Shown in pieces: positions 47,626 through 57,933 of a stretch of 64,000 bases of DNA. How positions within the stretch are numbered: position 1 is the first letter of the stretch; the number at the start of each line of letters is the position of its first letter. This DNA comes from an uncultured Alphaproteobacteria bacterium (lineage in GTDB: Bacteria; Pseudomonadota; Alphaproteobacteria; Methylaequorales; Methylaequoraceae). The DNA lies in assembly GCA_902524895.1 (NCBI GenBank), contig CABZFH010000001.1:186876-250875 (forward strand), written 5' to 3'. Below the pieces are notes generated by a model. The model was given only the letters and a program-made list of their open reading frames with translations, had not been told where the DNA came from and did not search any database. The position numbers and the translations under genes were made by a program.

Positions 47626-48895
47626 AAATACTCAAATTATTAAATCCTCACTTTTGAAAAGAAAAAGGTCTGAAAAATATTTTAAGTACTTTGGGCTTAC
47701 AGGAATAATTGCAGCACTATTGTTTTTAACTATAATTATAACCTCTATCTTTACAACAGGAAAAAAGGCATTTAAACAAACAGCAATTAAATTAGAAATA
47801 TTTTTTGATCCTAAAATTATTGATCCTGAAAATAAAGGAACAGAGGAAACCTATAAATCTGCAAATTATAAAATCGTTATAAAAAATGCTTTATTAAATT
47901 ATTTTCCCTCTGTAAATAAAAGGATTGATATCAGAGACCTCACAAATTTTATTTCATCTTCAGAAGAAGAAAGACTTTTAGAAATGATACTTAAAGATAA
48001 CACTCTAATTGGTACCACCAAGGAACTATGGCTAACTGCTTCTTCAACTATTGATGTTATTCATAAAAATTTAGAAATGCTAAACATTACAGAAAAAGAT
48101 AGATTAATAGATAATAAAGAAAAAAAGTGGTTTACCAAGTTATTAGATGATGAAAAGCTAAAATTCCAATTCAATAAGACTTTTTTTACCTCCGCTGATT
48201 CAACTGAGCCAGAACAAGCTGGCATTTGGGGATCTGCCATGGGTTCGTTTTTTACTGTATTAGTTACACTTATTCTTTCATTTCCAATTGCTGTAGCGGC
48301 TGGTGTTTTTTTAGAAGAGTTAGCTCCAAAAAATAAATTCACTGATTTCCTAGAAGTTAACATTAACAATCTCGCAGCAGTGCCATCCATAATATTTGGA
48401 TTATTAGGATTAGCAATTTTCCTTAATGTTATGCATTTACCAAGGTCTGCTCCCATAGTTGGTGGATTAGTTCTTGCTTTGATGACTCTGCCAACTATTA
48501 TTATTGCAACTAGAGCCTCACTAAAAGCTGTACCACCTTCAATACGTGAAGCTGCAATTGGATTAGGAGCTACAAAACTACAGACAGTTACTCATCACGT
48601 TCTTCCATTATCATTTCCAGGAATTTTAACAGGAACAATTATAGGTATGTCACAAGCACTGGGTGAAACAGCACCTCTATTGATGATAGGAATGGTAGCG
48701 TTTATTGTTGACGTTCCTGGGTCATTCTTAGATGCTTCAACTGCTCTACCAGTTCAGATATACCTTTGGAAAAGCACAGCTGCTAGAGGTTTTGTTGAAC
48801 TTGCGGCAGCTGGAGTTCTTATACTATTAACTTTTTTAATTCTTATGAACAGTTTCGCAGTTTACATAAGAAAAAAATATGAAAAAAAGTGGTAA
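47609..48895 (+). CDS. pstA: Phosphate ABC transporter permease PstA (long form)
   Basis: 428 aa. [23 protein letters not shown] loop. Overlaps the pstC end. Confidence 0.92.
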   Translation: MRDMNKNTQIIKSSLLKRKRSEKYFKYFGLTGIIAALLFLTIIITSIFTTGKKAFKQTAIKLEIFFDPKIIDPENKGTEETYKSANYKIVIKNALLNYFPSVNKRIDIRDLTNFISSSEEERLLEMILKDNTLIGTTKELWLTASSTIDVIHKNLEMLNITEKDRLIDNKEKKWFTKLLDDEKLKFQFNKTFFTSADSTEPEQAGIWGSAMGSFFTVLVTLILSFPIAVAAGVFLEELAPKNKFTDFLEVNINNLAAVPSIIFGLLGLAIFLNVMHLPRSAPIVGGLVLALMTLPTIIIATRASLKAVPPSIREAAIGLGATKLQTVTHHVLPLSFPGILTGTIIGMSQALGETAPLLMIGMVAFIVDVPGSFLDASTALPVQIYLWKSTAARGFVELAAAGVLILLTFLILMNSFAVYIRKKYEKKW

Positions 48896-48899
48896 CTTA

Positions 48900-49664
48900 A
48901 TGAGTTCAAAAATTAAAATTTCTAGTAAAGATGTAAGTGTTTTTTATAGCCAAAATAAAGCTCTAAATAATATCACATTTGATATTGACGAAAAAAAAGT
49001 AACGTCCCTAATTGGGCCTAGCGGTTGTGGGAAATCAACATTTTTAAGATGCTTAAATAGAATGAATGACACTATAGATATTTGCAAAGTTAAAGGAAAA
49101 GTTTTAATAGATAACGAAGATATTTATGCCCCTAATGTTGATCCAGTTTTACTAAGAGCAAGAGTAGGTATGGTCTTTCAAAAGCCTAATCCATTTCCAA
49201 AATCAATTTTTGACAATGTTGCGTATGGACCAAGCATTCACGGATTAGCTAGTAGTAAGGACGAACTAGAAAATATAGTTTTAACAAGTTTACAAAGAGC
49301 AGGTCTTTACAAAGAAGTAAAAAATAGATTATCTGAAACTGGAACATCTTTATCTGGAGGACAACAACAAAGACTTTGCATCGCTAGAGCTATTGCTGTT
49401 AGTCCAGAAATAATACTTATGGACGAGCCATGCTCTGCTTTAGATCCAATAGCTACGGCAATTGTCGAGGAGTTAATTGATGAACTTGTAAAGAACTACA
49501 CGATTGTTATTGTAACTCATTCTATGCAACAAGCAGCTCGTGTATCACAAAATACGGCTTTTTTTCATATGGGTAATTTAATTGAATTTGGATCTACTCA
49601 AAAAATTTTCTCCACACCTCAATTTAAACAAACGCAAGACTACATTACAGGAAAGATCGGATAA
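48900..49664 (+). CDS. pstB: Phosphate ABC transporter ATP-binding protein PstB
   Basis: Walker [10 protein letters not shown], signature LSGGQQQR, Walker B ILMDEP. ATG 48900 lies 4 nt after the pstA stop; the track ATG 48879 is the alternative. Confidence 0.95.
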   Translation: MSSKIKISSKDVSVFYSQNKALNNITFDIDEKKVTSLIGPSGCGKSTFLRCLNRMNDTIDICKVKGKVLIDNEDIYAPNVDPVLLRARVGMVFQKPNPFPKSIFDNVAYGPSIHGLASSKDELENIVLTSLQRAGLYKEVKNRLSETGTSLSGGQQQRLCIARAIAVSPEIILMDEPCSALDPIATAIVEELIDELVKNYTIVIVTHSMQQAARVSQNTAFFHMGNLIEFGSTQKIFSTPQFKQTQDYITGKIG

Positions 49665-49666
49665 GT

Positions 49667-50320
49667 ATGGATAAACATATAGTAACTAGTTACGATAATG
49701 ACTTAGAATATATAAAAATTTTGATTATAGAAATGGGTGTATTGTTAGAAAAGCAAACGTTTGAAGCAATAGAATTAATAAAACTGCATAATTTAAAAAT
49801 AATGCCTACGATTAGAGAAACAGAAAAAAAAATTAATTCTGCAGAAAAAAGAATAAGAGAATATTCAACAAACACATTAACAAAAAGACAACCGTTAGCG
49901 GATGATTTGAGAAAAATTATTGTATCCATAAAAATTGCAAGCACTCTTGAAAGAATTGGAGACCATGCTGAAAATATTGCAAACAGAATTGAGCAAGCAA
50001 AAATAGTTCCTACTAATTATTTGACTGATTCAATTTATAGGTTAGGGCAATCGGTTATTAAAAACTTATCGCAAGCTCTAACAGCATATGATCAAAATTC
50101 CATAACACTATCTAAAAATGTTTCGCTTGAGGATAAAAAAATAGACCTATTATATGAAACGTGTTTTAGAGAACATCTTGTGCTTATGATGGAAGATAAC
50201 AAAAATATCAGTTATTTTACTCAGATGTTGTTTATTGCTAAAGAACTAGAACGCATAGGAGACCTTTGCAAAAATATTGCAAAAGAAGTTAGTTATAGTG
50301 TGGAAGGCAAGATATCTTAA
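49667..50320 (+). CDS. phoU: Phosphate signalling complex protein PhoU
   Basis: 217 aa. Duplicated PhoU repeat with ERIGDH / ERIGDL motifs. Confidence 0.93.
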   Translation: MDKHIVTSYDNDLEYIKILIIEMGVLLEKQTFEAIELIKLHNLKIMPTIRETEKKINSAEKRIREYSTNTLTKRQPLADDLRKIIVSIKIASTLERIGDHAENIANRIEQAKIVPTNYLTDSIYRLGQSVIKNLSQALTAYDQNSITLSKNVSLEDKKIDLLYETCFREHLVLMMEDNKNISYFTQMLFIAKELERIGDLCKNIAKEVSYSVEGKIS

Positions 50321-51001
50321 ATGTCTAAATCGATTCTAATTGCTGAAGACGATACTTCATTATTACCTCTTTTAGCATATAATTTGAAAAATAATGGTTT
50401 TAAAGTTATTCAAGCGAAGAATGGAGAAGAGGCATTATTAGCATTAAAAGAAAATTTGCCAGATCTTTTATTACTTGATTGGATGATGCCTTCACCAAAT
50501 GGAATTGAAATTTGTAAAATTCTTAGACAAAAAAAAGAAACTAAAAATATTCCAATTATTATGCTCACTGCTAAAAGTGAGGAAGATAACAAAATTGTTG
50601 GACTAGAAAGTGGTGCTGACGATTATATTATAAAACCTTTTAGCACAACGGAACTAATAGCCAGAATTAAAGCTCTTCTAAGAAGAAGTTATACTACCTT
50701 TGATGTCGATATTTTAGAATATAAAAATTTAAAAATTAATCTCAAAGAATATAGAACTTACAGAAATGATAGAACTATCCACTTAGGACCGAAGGAATTT
50801 AAATTATTAAAATATCTTATGGAAAATCCAGGAAGAGTTTTTAGCCGTGAACAATTACTAAACGCTGTTTGGGGACATGGTATTTTTGTAGAATTAAGAA
50901 CAGTTGACACTCACATTAGAAGGCTTCGAAAATCTATAAATCTAAAAGGTGAGCACAATTTGATACGCACAGTCAGATCAGCTGGATACTCTTTAGATTA
51001 A
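50321..51001 (+). CDS. phoB: Phosphate regulon response regulator PhoB (OmpR family)
   Basis: 226 aa. Receiver domain (ILIAEDD, LLLDWMMP, LTAK) plus winged-helix (LGPKEFKLLKYLM, VDTHIRRLRK). Starts 1 nt after the phoU stop. Confidence 0.92.
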   Translation: MSKSILIAEDDTSLLPLLAYNLKNNGFKVIQAKNGEEALLALKENLPDLLLLDWMMPSPNGIEICKILRQKKETKNIPIIMLTAKSEEDNKIVGLESGADDYIIKPFSTTELIARIKALLRRSYTTFDVDILEYKNLKINLKEYRTYRNDRTIHLGPKEFKLLKYLMENPGRVFSREQLLNAVWGHGIFVELRTVDTHIRRLRKSINLKGEHNLIRTVRSAGYSLD

Positions 51002-51043
51002 AAATACTCTTGTTTTAGTCGTTAATTTTTTTTACATTACAAA

Positions 51044-52993
51044 ATGAGCGAAAAAAACGGTGTAACCTACATTGTAACAGTTTATAACAAAGAAAAATAT
51101 ATTCTTAATTCACTAGAATCGATTAAACAAAATCTTTTTAAAGATTTGCAAATTATTATTGTTAATGATGGATCTGTGGATAAATCTAAAGAAAGAATTG
51201 AGAAGTTCATTAAATCAAATCCTAATTTGGATATTCAATTTCTAACTCAGGAAAACCAAGGACCCAGTATAGCAACAAATAATGCCATCAAGTTTGTAAA
51301 ATTTAATTACATCAAAATGTTAGATGGTGATGATATTTTATCTCCTAACTCTGTGAAACTAATGAAAAAAGAAATGGAAACTCTTAACCTTGATTTATTG
51401 TATGGAGATTGGAAATGGGATGCAGATTACAAAAATTATAAATTTAAAAAGTGTGACTATAAGGCAAAGTTTTTTAAAAATGCCTTTGAAAAGATTTTAC
51501 TGAGAGGATGGGGTGGATCAAGTAATCTAATGGTAAAAACCAATACGCTAAAAAAGATAAATGGATGCGATACAAGAATCTTTATTCAAGATTACTCATT
51601 GCCACTCAGAATTGCAGGACATCATTTAAAGTCAAAATCTATTAATCCATTTAGAATTGGTCTAACAAAAAAAATAATTTGTGTAGGACCAAAATTTCAA
51701 AAAAATAGAATAATCACAAATGAAGCACAGACCCTGCACGATTTATCAATGGTAGCACTAAATTTTCTTGAAGATCACAAATTTGTAAATGAAAATTTAA
51801 AAATTAAAGTCTTAAAAAAAATCAAAAGACGATGCTGGAAATGGAAAAGTAAAATTCAGAAAAAAAGTTATTTTAGTTTTGATTTTTTAAGCTTTGTTTG
51901 TAGTTACTTGTGGACTGATCAGAATATAGAAAAGATTAAATATGAAGTAATTAACACATGGAAACAAGAAAATATAAAAAACGTCAATAACAATATTTCC
52001 CGAAAAAAAATTCTAGTTTATGTAGGTTTAGATCTTTTAGGAGATGGAATAATAAAGATTCCTTTTTTACATAATCTTAGAAAAATTTTTCCAAACGGCG
52101 AAATTACTTGGGTAGCAGGAAAAGGTAAATCGACGATTAAAGAAAATTTAAACCCAATTTCGAAAGAACTTATAGATTACATAAGAGATGATGCAGGCAT
52201 AGGGTCTAATTTTTCAGAACTTTTTTTTAAAAGTAGAATTTCTAAAAATTATGATATTGTCATTGATACGCAAAAAAGACTACTCACGACTTTGATTGTT
52301 AGAAAAGTAAAAACTAAACTTTTCATTTCTCCAAGTTGTAATTTCTTATTTTCAGACATCAAGCCCAACATAAAACAACAAACAAAAAGTTTGGCAGAAG
52401 ATCTCTTAGATTTAAGCCTTCTCTTGACTTATGATCAGAATGTTTATGCAGAAAAAATTATTTTGCCAGCTTTGTATAAAAAAAATTCTAAAAACTTTGA
52501 TGATCGGTATAATTTTAAAAAAGTTGCTATTTGTCCTGGTGCTTCAAACGAATGGAAAAGATGGCCAAAGGAAAGTTTTTCCGAAATCGCAAATTATTTA
52601 ATAAAAAAGAAATTTTTACCAGTTTTTTTTCTTGGACCTAATGAAAGAAATCTTTATAAATTTTTTAAAGATGAAATCCCAAAAGCTCTTTTTCCACTAC
52701 AAATGGAATCGAAAAAGAAAACAGACCCTATACAAACCATTGCTTTATCTAGCACATGCAACTTTGGAATTTCTAATGATACCGGATGTGGACACTTACT
52801 TGGAATTTCTGGGATTCCACTTATTACTCTTTTTGGTAAAACAAACGAAGTAAAGTTTAGACCTTTCAATTATTTCAATACTAATATTGTAATTTCTTCC
52901 AGCTCATTTGACAAAAATGCAGAAATATCAAGCATACCCATAACTATTGTAAAAAATAAAATCGATGAAATTATCAGAAAAAACAATACTTAA
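51044..52993 (+). CDS. Fusion glycosyltransferase: GT2 (N-terminal) + GT9 heptosyltransferase-like (C-terminal)
   Basis: 649 aa. N-terminus YIVTVYNKEKY...IIVNDGSVD and DGDD (GT2 DxD). C-terminus ILVYVGLDLLGDGI, ICPGASNEWKRWP, NDTGCGHL (GT9/RfaF-like). Confidence 0.7.
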   Translation: MSEKNGVTYIVTVYNKEKYILNSLESIKQNLFKDLQIIIVNDGSVDKSKERIEKFIKSNPNLDIQFLTQENQGPSIATNNAIKFVKFNYIKMLDGDDILSPNSVKLMKKEMETLNLDLLYGDWKWDADYKNYKFKKCDYKAKFFKNAFEKILLRGWGGSSNLMVKTNTLKKINGCDTRIFIQDYSLPLRIAGHHLKSKSINPFRIGLTKKIICVGPKFQKNRIITNEAQTLHDLSMVALNFLEDHKFVNENLKIKVLKKIKRRCWKWKSKIQKKSYFSFDFLSFVCSYLWTDQNIEKIKYEVINTWKQENIKNVNNNISRKKILVYVGLDLLGDGIIKIPFLHNLRKIFPNGEITWVAGKGKSTIKENLNPISKELIDYIRDDAGIGSNFSELFFKSRISKNYDIVIDTQKRLLTTLIVRKVKTKLFISPSCNFLFSDIKPNIKQQTKSLAEDLLDLSLLLTYDQNVYAEKIILPALYKKNSKNFDDRYNFKKVAICPGASNEWKRWPKESFSEIANYLIKKKFLPVFFLGPNERNLYKFFKDEIPKALFPLQMESKKKTDPIQTIALSSTCNFGISNDTGCGHLLGISGIPLITLFGKTNEVKFRPFNYFNTNIVISSSSFDKNAEISSIPITIVKNKIDEIIRKNNT

Positions 52994-52994
52994 A

Positions 52995-53969
52995 TTACTT
53001 TTGGAAGTTTTCTTTTTCAGGTCGTCCACCATACTGAGACAATATTTTTGACGCAACTTCACATCCGTATTGCATTGCTTCAGAGTAACTTTTTCCAATA
53101 TTAATAAAATGCAGAAAACCTGCAGCAAACATATCTCCAGCTCCAGTTGTATCTATAATAGCTTCATTTTTTACAGCGTCACAATTTATATAGTTATTAT
53201 TAATAAATAAAGTCGCTCCCTCATAGCCTCTAGTCATTACAGCCTTTTCAGCAATTCGAAATAACTTCTTATTAATTTCATTAAAATCTTGCTCATCGAT
53301 TAATGATTTAAACTCAGAAAAATTTCCAATAAGAATATCAACATGGTTTTTTATAAACTCATAAAATTCTTTTTTATACATTTCTACTAGACCTGAATCA
53401 GACAAAGAAAATGCCACAATAATATTTTTTGATTTAGCAATCCTTACTGCTTTTGAAATGGCCTTTCTAGCTGATAAAGAACTCCACAAATATCCCTCAA
53501 TGAGTAAAATTGAAACGTCTGAAAAAAAATCTTCATAAATATCATTTTCATCAAGGTTTATACTTGCACCTAAAAATGTCTGCATTGTTCTTTCCCCATC
53601 ATCAGTTACAAACACTAAACATTTTGCTGTGGGTATTCCATTTTTAGGTGAACACAAAAAATTAACTCCGCTGTCATTAATATCTGAAATAAAAAAATTC
53701 CCTATGTTATCATCACAAACTCTTCCGCAAAAAGAAGAATTGCCGCCTAAAAGGCTTATCCCGGTTATGGTATTAGCGACTGACCCTCCTGAACTTTTTT
53801 TTACTGAATTAAACTTTTTGAAAATATTTTCTGAGTTATCATTTTCAACTAAAGACATTTGTCCCTTTATTAAACCCATCTCTACTAAATCTTTTTCTTG
53901 ACAAGAAAAGATGATATCTAAAACAGCATTTCCCATACCTAATATTTTTTTCTTCATAATTGCTTTCAA
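52995..53969 (-). CDS. PfkB-family carbohydrate/nucleoside kinase (adenosine kinase-like)
   Basis: 324 aa. GNAVLDI, SGGSVANT, DTTGAGDMFAAGF. Confidence 0.8.
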   Translation of the reverse strand: MKAIMKKKILGMGNAVLDIIFSCQEKDLVEMGLIKGQMSLVENDNSENIFKKFNSVKKSSGGSVANTITGISLLGGNSSFCGRVCDDNIGNFFISDINDSGVNFLCSPKNGIPTAKCLVFVTDDGERTMQTFLGASINLDENDIYEDFFSDVSILLIEGYLWSSLSARKAISKAVRIAKSKNIIVAFSLSDSGLVEMYKKEFYEFIKNHVDILIGNFSEFKSLIDEQDFNEINKKLFRIAEKAVMTRGYEGATLFINNNYINCDAVKNEAIIDTTGAGDMFAAGFLHFINIGKSYSEAMQYGCEVASKILSQYGGRPEKENFQK

Positions 53970-54069
53970 TATTTAATTAATATAATTTTTATATTACTTA
54001 AACTGTAATATTTAAACTTCTAATTAATACAGTTCTTTTAATTCTGAGTAAAATATTTATATATTTATT

Positions 54070-54543
54070 ATGGCAAATAATACTTTTCTTAATTTAACAA
54101 TTTATCCCAATAGAAGTCTTTCTAAAACTGGTTTTAAAATCCTAATGATTATTGTGTCATTTATTTGTATTACATGTGGCATGGTTTTTTATTTTATGGG
54201 AGCTTGGCCAGTTTTTGGTTTCCTTGGATTGGATATTGTCTTAATCTATTTTGCATTCAAAATAAATTATAGATCTGGAAAAATTTACGAAAATATTAAA
54301 ATAGCATCAAAAATATTTACAGTTTCAAGAATTTTTCCATCAGGGAAAATGCAAGTTTGGAAATTAAATCCTAGTTGGGCTAAAGTTGAATTCATTGAAT
54401 CACGCAATCAATCTCGCTTATTAGTTTCTTCTGAAAAAAAGGTTGTATCGATTGGATCATTCTTAAATGCCTTTGACAAAAAAAAGTTAGCCCAAAAAAT
54501 TCAAAATTCAATTAAAACGTATAAAGCCTCTGAAACAAATTAA
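54070..54543 (+). CDS. DUF2244-type integral membrane protein
   Basis: 157 aa. NRSLSKTGFKILM followed by two TM helices, then W.LNPSWAKVE, typical of DUF2244 as I recall it. Confidence 0.55.
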   Translation: MANNTFLNLTIYPNRSLSKTGFKILMIIVSFICITCGMVFYFMGAWPVFGFLGLDIVLIYFAFKINYRSGKIYENIKIASKIFTVSRIFPSGKMQVWKLNPSWAKVEFIESRNQSRLLVSSEKKVVSIGSFLNAFDKKKLAQKIQNSIKTYKASETN

Positions 54544-54549
54544 TCGAAA

Positions 54550-55467
54550 ATGACAATAAAGACTAAAGTCGCTAATTATGCAGGTTTGCTTTTTCTTTCT
54601 GCAATCTGGGGAAGTTCGTTTTTATTCATTAAACTCTCAATCGAAACGATTCACCCTTCTTTTCTAACATTTTTAAGATTACTCATTGCTTCATTCTTTC
54701 TTTATCTCTATTTAAAGATTGTAAAAAAAAAAATACTTAGTTTTAACAAAAATTTTAAATATCTGCTTTTAATAGCACTATTTGGAAATGTAATACCCTT
54801 TAACCTAATAAGTTGGTGTGAAATAAAAGTTGATAGCGTAATTGTAGCCATACTTATTGGAACTATGCCTTTTTTTACTTTTTTGATTTCACATTATTTT
54901 TTTAAGTTTGAAAAAATAAACTTATCCATAATTATTGGTTTAATCTTGGGATTTATTGGAATGAGTTTAATTGTAAAAGAAAATAGTTATGAAGACCTAA
55001 TGTCTGAGAATTTGAATTATTATTTAAACATTGTAATTATTTTTTCAGCAATGTGTTACGCATTTGCTGCCAACTGTGTTAATAAAATAAAAAATGTGGA
55101 CTCTATCGAAATTGCTACAACCACTACTATTGTAGCAACTGTAATTTCGTTACCCATATATTTTTTATTAATAAATTATCCACTAACAAACCTAGGTTAT
55201 TCTATGCAAAGTATCAGCTTTAAAAGCCTGCTTTCTTGTTTTTTTCTCGGTTTTACGTGCACAGGGATAGCAATACTTATATTTTTTAATCTTATTAAAA
55301 AAGAAAGTCCAGGTTTCGCAAGTCAAAGTAATTTTTTCATCCCTTGCTTTGGACTATTATGGTCATACTTATTTTTAAACGAAAATATAAACTTATCGAT
55401 TATGGTAAATTTAGTTTTAATTGTGGCAGGTGTTCTATTTGTACATAGAGGAAGAAGACAAAGTTAA
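54550..55467 (+). CDS. EamA/DMT-superfamily permease
   Basis: 305 aa, 10 predicted TM helices, duplicated EamA-like halves (AIWGSSFLFIK). Confidence 0.8.
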   Translation: MTIKTKVANYAGLLFLSAIWGSSFLFIKLSIETIHPSFLTFLRLLIASFFLYLYLKIVKKKILSFNKNFKYLLLIALFGNVIPFNLISWCEIKVDSVIVAILIGTMPFFTFLISHYFFKFEKINLSIIIGLILGFIGMSLIVKENSYEDLMSENLNYYLNIVIIFSAMCYAFAANCVNKIKNVDSIEIATTTTIVATVISLPIYFLLINYPLTNLGYSMQSISFKSLLSCFFLGFTCTGIAILIFFNLIKKESPGFASQSNFFIPCFGLLWSYLFLNENINLSIMVNLVLIVAGVLFVHRGRRQS

Positions 55468-56015
55468 TTGAGTCCTTTATCTTCTGGTCTATCCCCCACA
55501 TCATATTCTTTATACTCTCTTAAAGGTTTTACATCTTCCTCTGGTTTGTATATTACCTTTATAACATTCTGAAAATTAAATCTAGCTTTGTCTAAAGCAC
55601 TTTCTGCATAACCTACTGAGCCACCAAGCCAAGCTTGATCTTCAAGTGTGCTGACTGCTGATATCATAAGTTCAGAAGATTCAATGATCGAAGAATGAAG
55701 GTCCTTTATTTTTTTTACATTAGGAACAGGAAGAGCTTTTAACTCATTAGGTCTGCCTAGTTTTTCTAAATGATCTTTTATAATCTCTTCCGCTTCTTTA
55801 AAATGATCTTCGTCAGCTCTAAAACTATTCAAGTTATGAGACTCAATAAGCCTTCCTTGCATTATTAGTGCATTTCCTAAATGACCTAATCTAACATCCA
55901 TTACTTTTTTATAGTTTTCAATATCATTCTCAGATAACTCTTTATCACATGAAATCAATGTTATAAGACATAAAAAAGAGATAAAATAGCTAATTGAGTT
56001 TCGTAAATAAATCAT
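55464..56015 (-). CDS. Hypothetical lipoprotein
   Basis: 183 aa. Lipobox-like LITLISC at residues 17-23. Helix-rich remainder with no family recognised. Confidence 0.5.
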   Translation of the reverse strand: MIYLRNSISYFISFLCLITLISCDKELSENDIENYKKVMDVRLGHLGNALIMQGRLIESHNLNSFRADEDHFKEAEEIIKDHLEKLGRPNELKALPVPNVKKIKDLHSSIIESSELMISAVSTLEDQAWLGGSVGYAESALDKARFNFQNVIKVIYKPEEDVKPLREYKEYDVGDRPEDKGLN

Positions 56016-56021
56016 ATTTGA

Positions 56022-56801
56022 TTATACCATGTCTTCCAAACTATATAAACCAGGTTCTTGTTTTTTTAACCATTCTGCTGCTTTAAGCGCACCAATAGAA
56101 AAAACTTTTCTATCAGTCGCCTTATGAGAAATCTCTAAACGTTCTCCATTTAAAAAAAAATGAACTGAATGATCACCAATAATATCTCCCCCTCTAATAG
56201 CTGAAAACCCAATATCACCTTTATCCCTTTTTGTATTAAAATCTATCCCTCTGTATACAAATTTACTTCTTTCAATTTTGTCTCTACCTTTTTTTATCGC
56301 ATTTCCAATTGATAAAGCTGTTCCAGAAGGCGCATCAAGTTTATGTTTGTGATGCGTTTCTACAATCTCAATGTCTGCATCAGCACCAATTTTTGAAGAA
56401 AGCTCTTCACATATCTTTTGTAATAGATTAATACCATAACTCATGTTTGAAGCTTTCAAAACCTTAAGACCTTTGGAGTATGAATTGAATTTAGCTATTT
56501 GATTTTCGTCATAACCAGTTGTACCAGTTACCAAACCTACTAGCTTTTTGTTAGATAATTTCTTCAACAGTTCTAAAGTAGCATTGGGTGTAGTGAAATC
56601 TATTACAATATCGACATTTTGCAGGAAATTCTCTAAATCTGGGAGCACTTCAATTCCATCTATAATTTTTCCAATACTCTCGCTATCTTTATGATCGCAC
56701 AATGAAACTACTTGGAAATTTTTAAATTCCTTGCTCACAGTTATCAAGCTTTTTCCCATTCTACCTGAAGGGCCCATTATTCCTAATTTTGTAATTTCCA
56801 T
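56022..56801 (-). CDS. dapB: 4-hydroxy-tetrahydrodipicolinate reductase
   Basis: 259 aa. GPSGRMG NAD(P) motif and E.HH..K.DAPSGTA active-site motif. Confidence 0.93.
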   Translation of the reverse strand: MEITKLGIMGPSGRMGKSLITVSKEFKNFQVVSLCDHKDSESIGKIIDGIEVLPDLENFLQNVDIVIDFTTPNATLELLKKLSNKKLVGLVTGTTGYDENQIAKFNSYSKGLKVLKASNMSYGINLLQKICEELSSKIGADADIEIVETHHKHKLDAPSGTALSIGNAIKKGRDKIERSKFVYRGIDFNTKRDKGDIGFSAIRGGDIIGDHSVHFFLNGERLEISHKATDRKVFSIGALKAAEWLKKQEPGLYSLEDMV

Positions 56802-56814
56802 AAAATATTTTAAC

Positions 56815-57927
56815 TTACTTTTTTAGGTCATCCCAAAAATCTTTCACTCTTGAAAAAAAACCGTCACCTTCAGGATTATTTTCCTTCCCTGACTGTTCTG
56901 AAAATTCTTTTAAAATAGCTCTTTGGCTATCAGTTAAATTAGTTGGTGTTTCGACGATTAACGAGATAATCATATCCCCGAATGAGACAGACCTAAGCGC
57001 TGGCATACCCTTTCCTGATAGTCGCAACTGATCTCCTGTTTGAGTGCCCACTGGAATTTTTACTTTTGCTCTTCCACCTGATACTGTAGGTACCTCTACC
57101 GAACCACCCAATGATGCATCAACCATTGATACTGGAACATTGCAATATATATTGTTTCCATCGCGTTCAAATAATTCATGAGAGTCAATGCTCACAAATA
57201 AATATAAATCTCCTGATTCTGATCCATTTTTACCAGCTGCACCCTCACCAGAAATTCTTATCCTACTTCCGTCATCAACACCTGTAGGTATATTTACTTC
57301 AATGTTCCTTTGTTTTCTGACTCGTCCATCCCCATTGCATACCGAACACGGGTCCGTAATAACTTGCCCAGTACCACTACAAGTTGGGCAAGTCCTTTCA
57401 ACTGTAAAAAATCCTTGAGACGCTCTAGTTCTTCCTGATCCACCACAAGTTGGACAGGTGCTAATACCTTCACCTTTTTCAGAGCCTGAGCCATTACAGT
57501 GAGAACAAGTTACTAATGTTTCAAATGAAATTTCCTTTTTAATGCCTAAATACGCTTCTCTTAAAGAGATAGAGAGTTCATATTTTAAATCTTGACCTTT
57601 TTCTTGGCGTTGTTGAGTTCTTCCCCCAAAATCTCCAAAGAAATCCTCAAATATGTCTGAGAAACTTCCAAAGCCTTCTCCAAAACCTCCTGTTTGACCT
57701 GAGTTAAAGGCATCATGGCCATATTGATCGTAAGCTGATTTTTTTTCTGGGTTAGACAGTACATCATAGGCTTCTGAAATTTTTTTAAATTTTTTTTCTG
57801 CTGATTTATCCCCTGGATTTCTATCAGGATGATATTTCATAGCCAATTTTCTATATGCACTTTTTAATGTACTGTTATCCGCCCCTTTGTTTACACCCAA
57901 TACTTCATAAAAATCTTGTTTTGACAT
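56815..57927 (-). CDS. dnaJ: Molecular chaperone DnaJ
   Basis: 370 aa. J-domain with HPD, G/F region, four CxxCxGxG zinc-finger repeats. Confidence 0.97.
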   Translation of the reverse strand: MSKQDFYEVLGVNKGADNSTLKSAYRKLAMKYHPDRNPGDKSAEKKFKKISEAYDVLSNPEKKSAYDQYGHDAFNSGQTGGFGEGFGSFSDIFEDFFGDFGGRTQQRQEKGQDLKYELSISLREAYLGIKKEISFETLVTCSHCNGSGSEKGEGISTCPTCGGSGRTRASQGFFTVERTCPTCSGTGQVITDPCSVCNGDGRVRKQRNIEVNIPTGVDDGSRIRISGEGAAGKNGSESGDLYLFVSIDSHELFERDGNNIYCNVPVSMVDASLGGSVEVPTVSGGRAKVKIPVGTQTGDQLRLSGKGMPALRSVSFGDMIISLIVETPTNLTDSQRAILKEFSEQSGKENNPEGDGFFSRVKDFWDDLKK

Positions 57928-57933
57928 AACCTA

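Noticed and set aside
40775-49664. Blocks of markedly higher GC (about 40-45% by hand count in the porin, pstS, pstC and fae; also dnaK, metK and pnp) against 20-25% in glnD, gap and the GT fusion. This could indicate a horizontally acquired island.
   Set aside because: The high-GC genes are the most conserved or highly expressed ones scattered across the window, not a contiguous block. No integrase, tRNA or direct repeats flank them. Amino-acid and expression constraints explain the pattern better than horizontal transfer.
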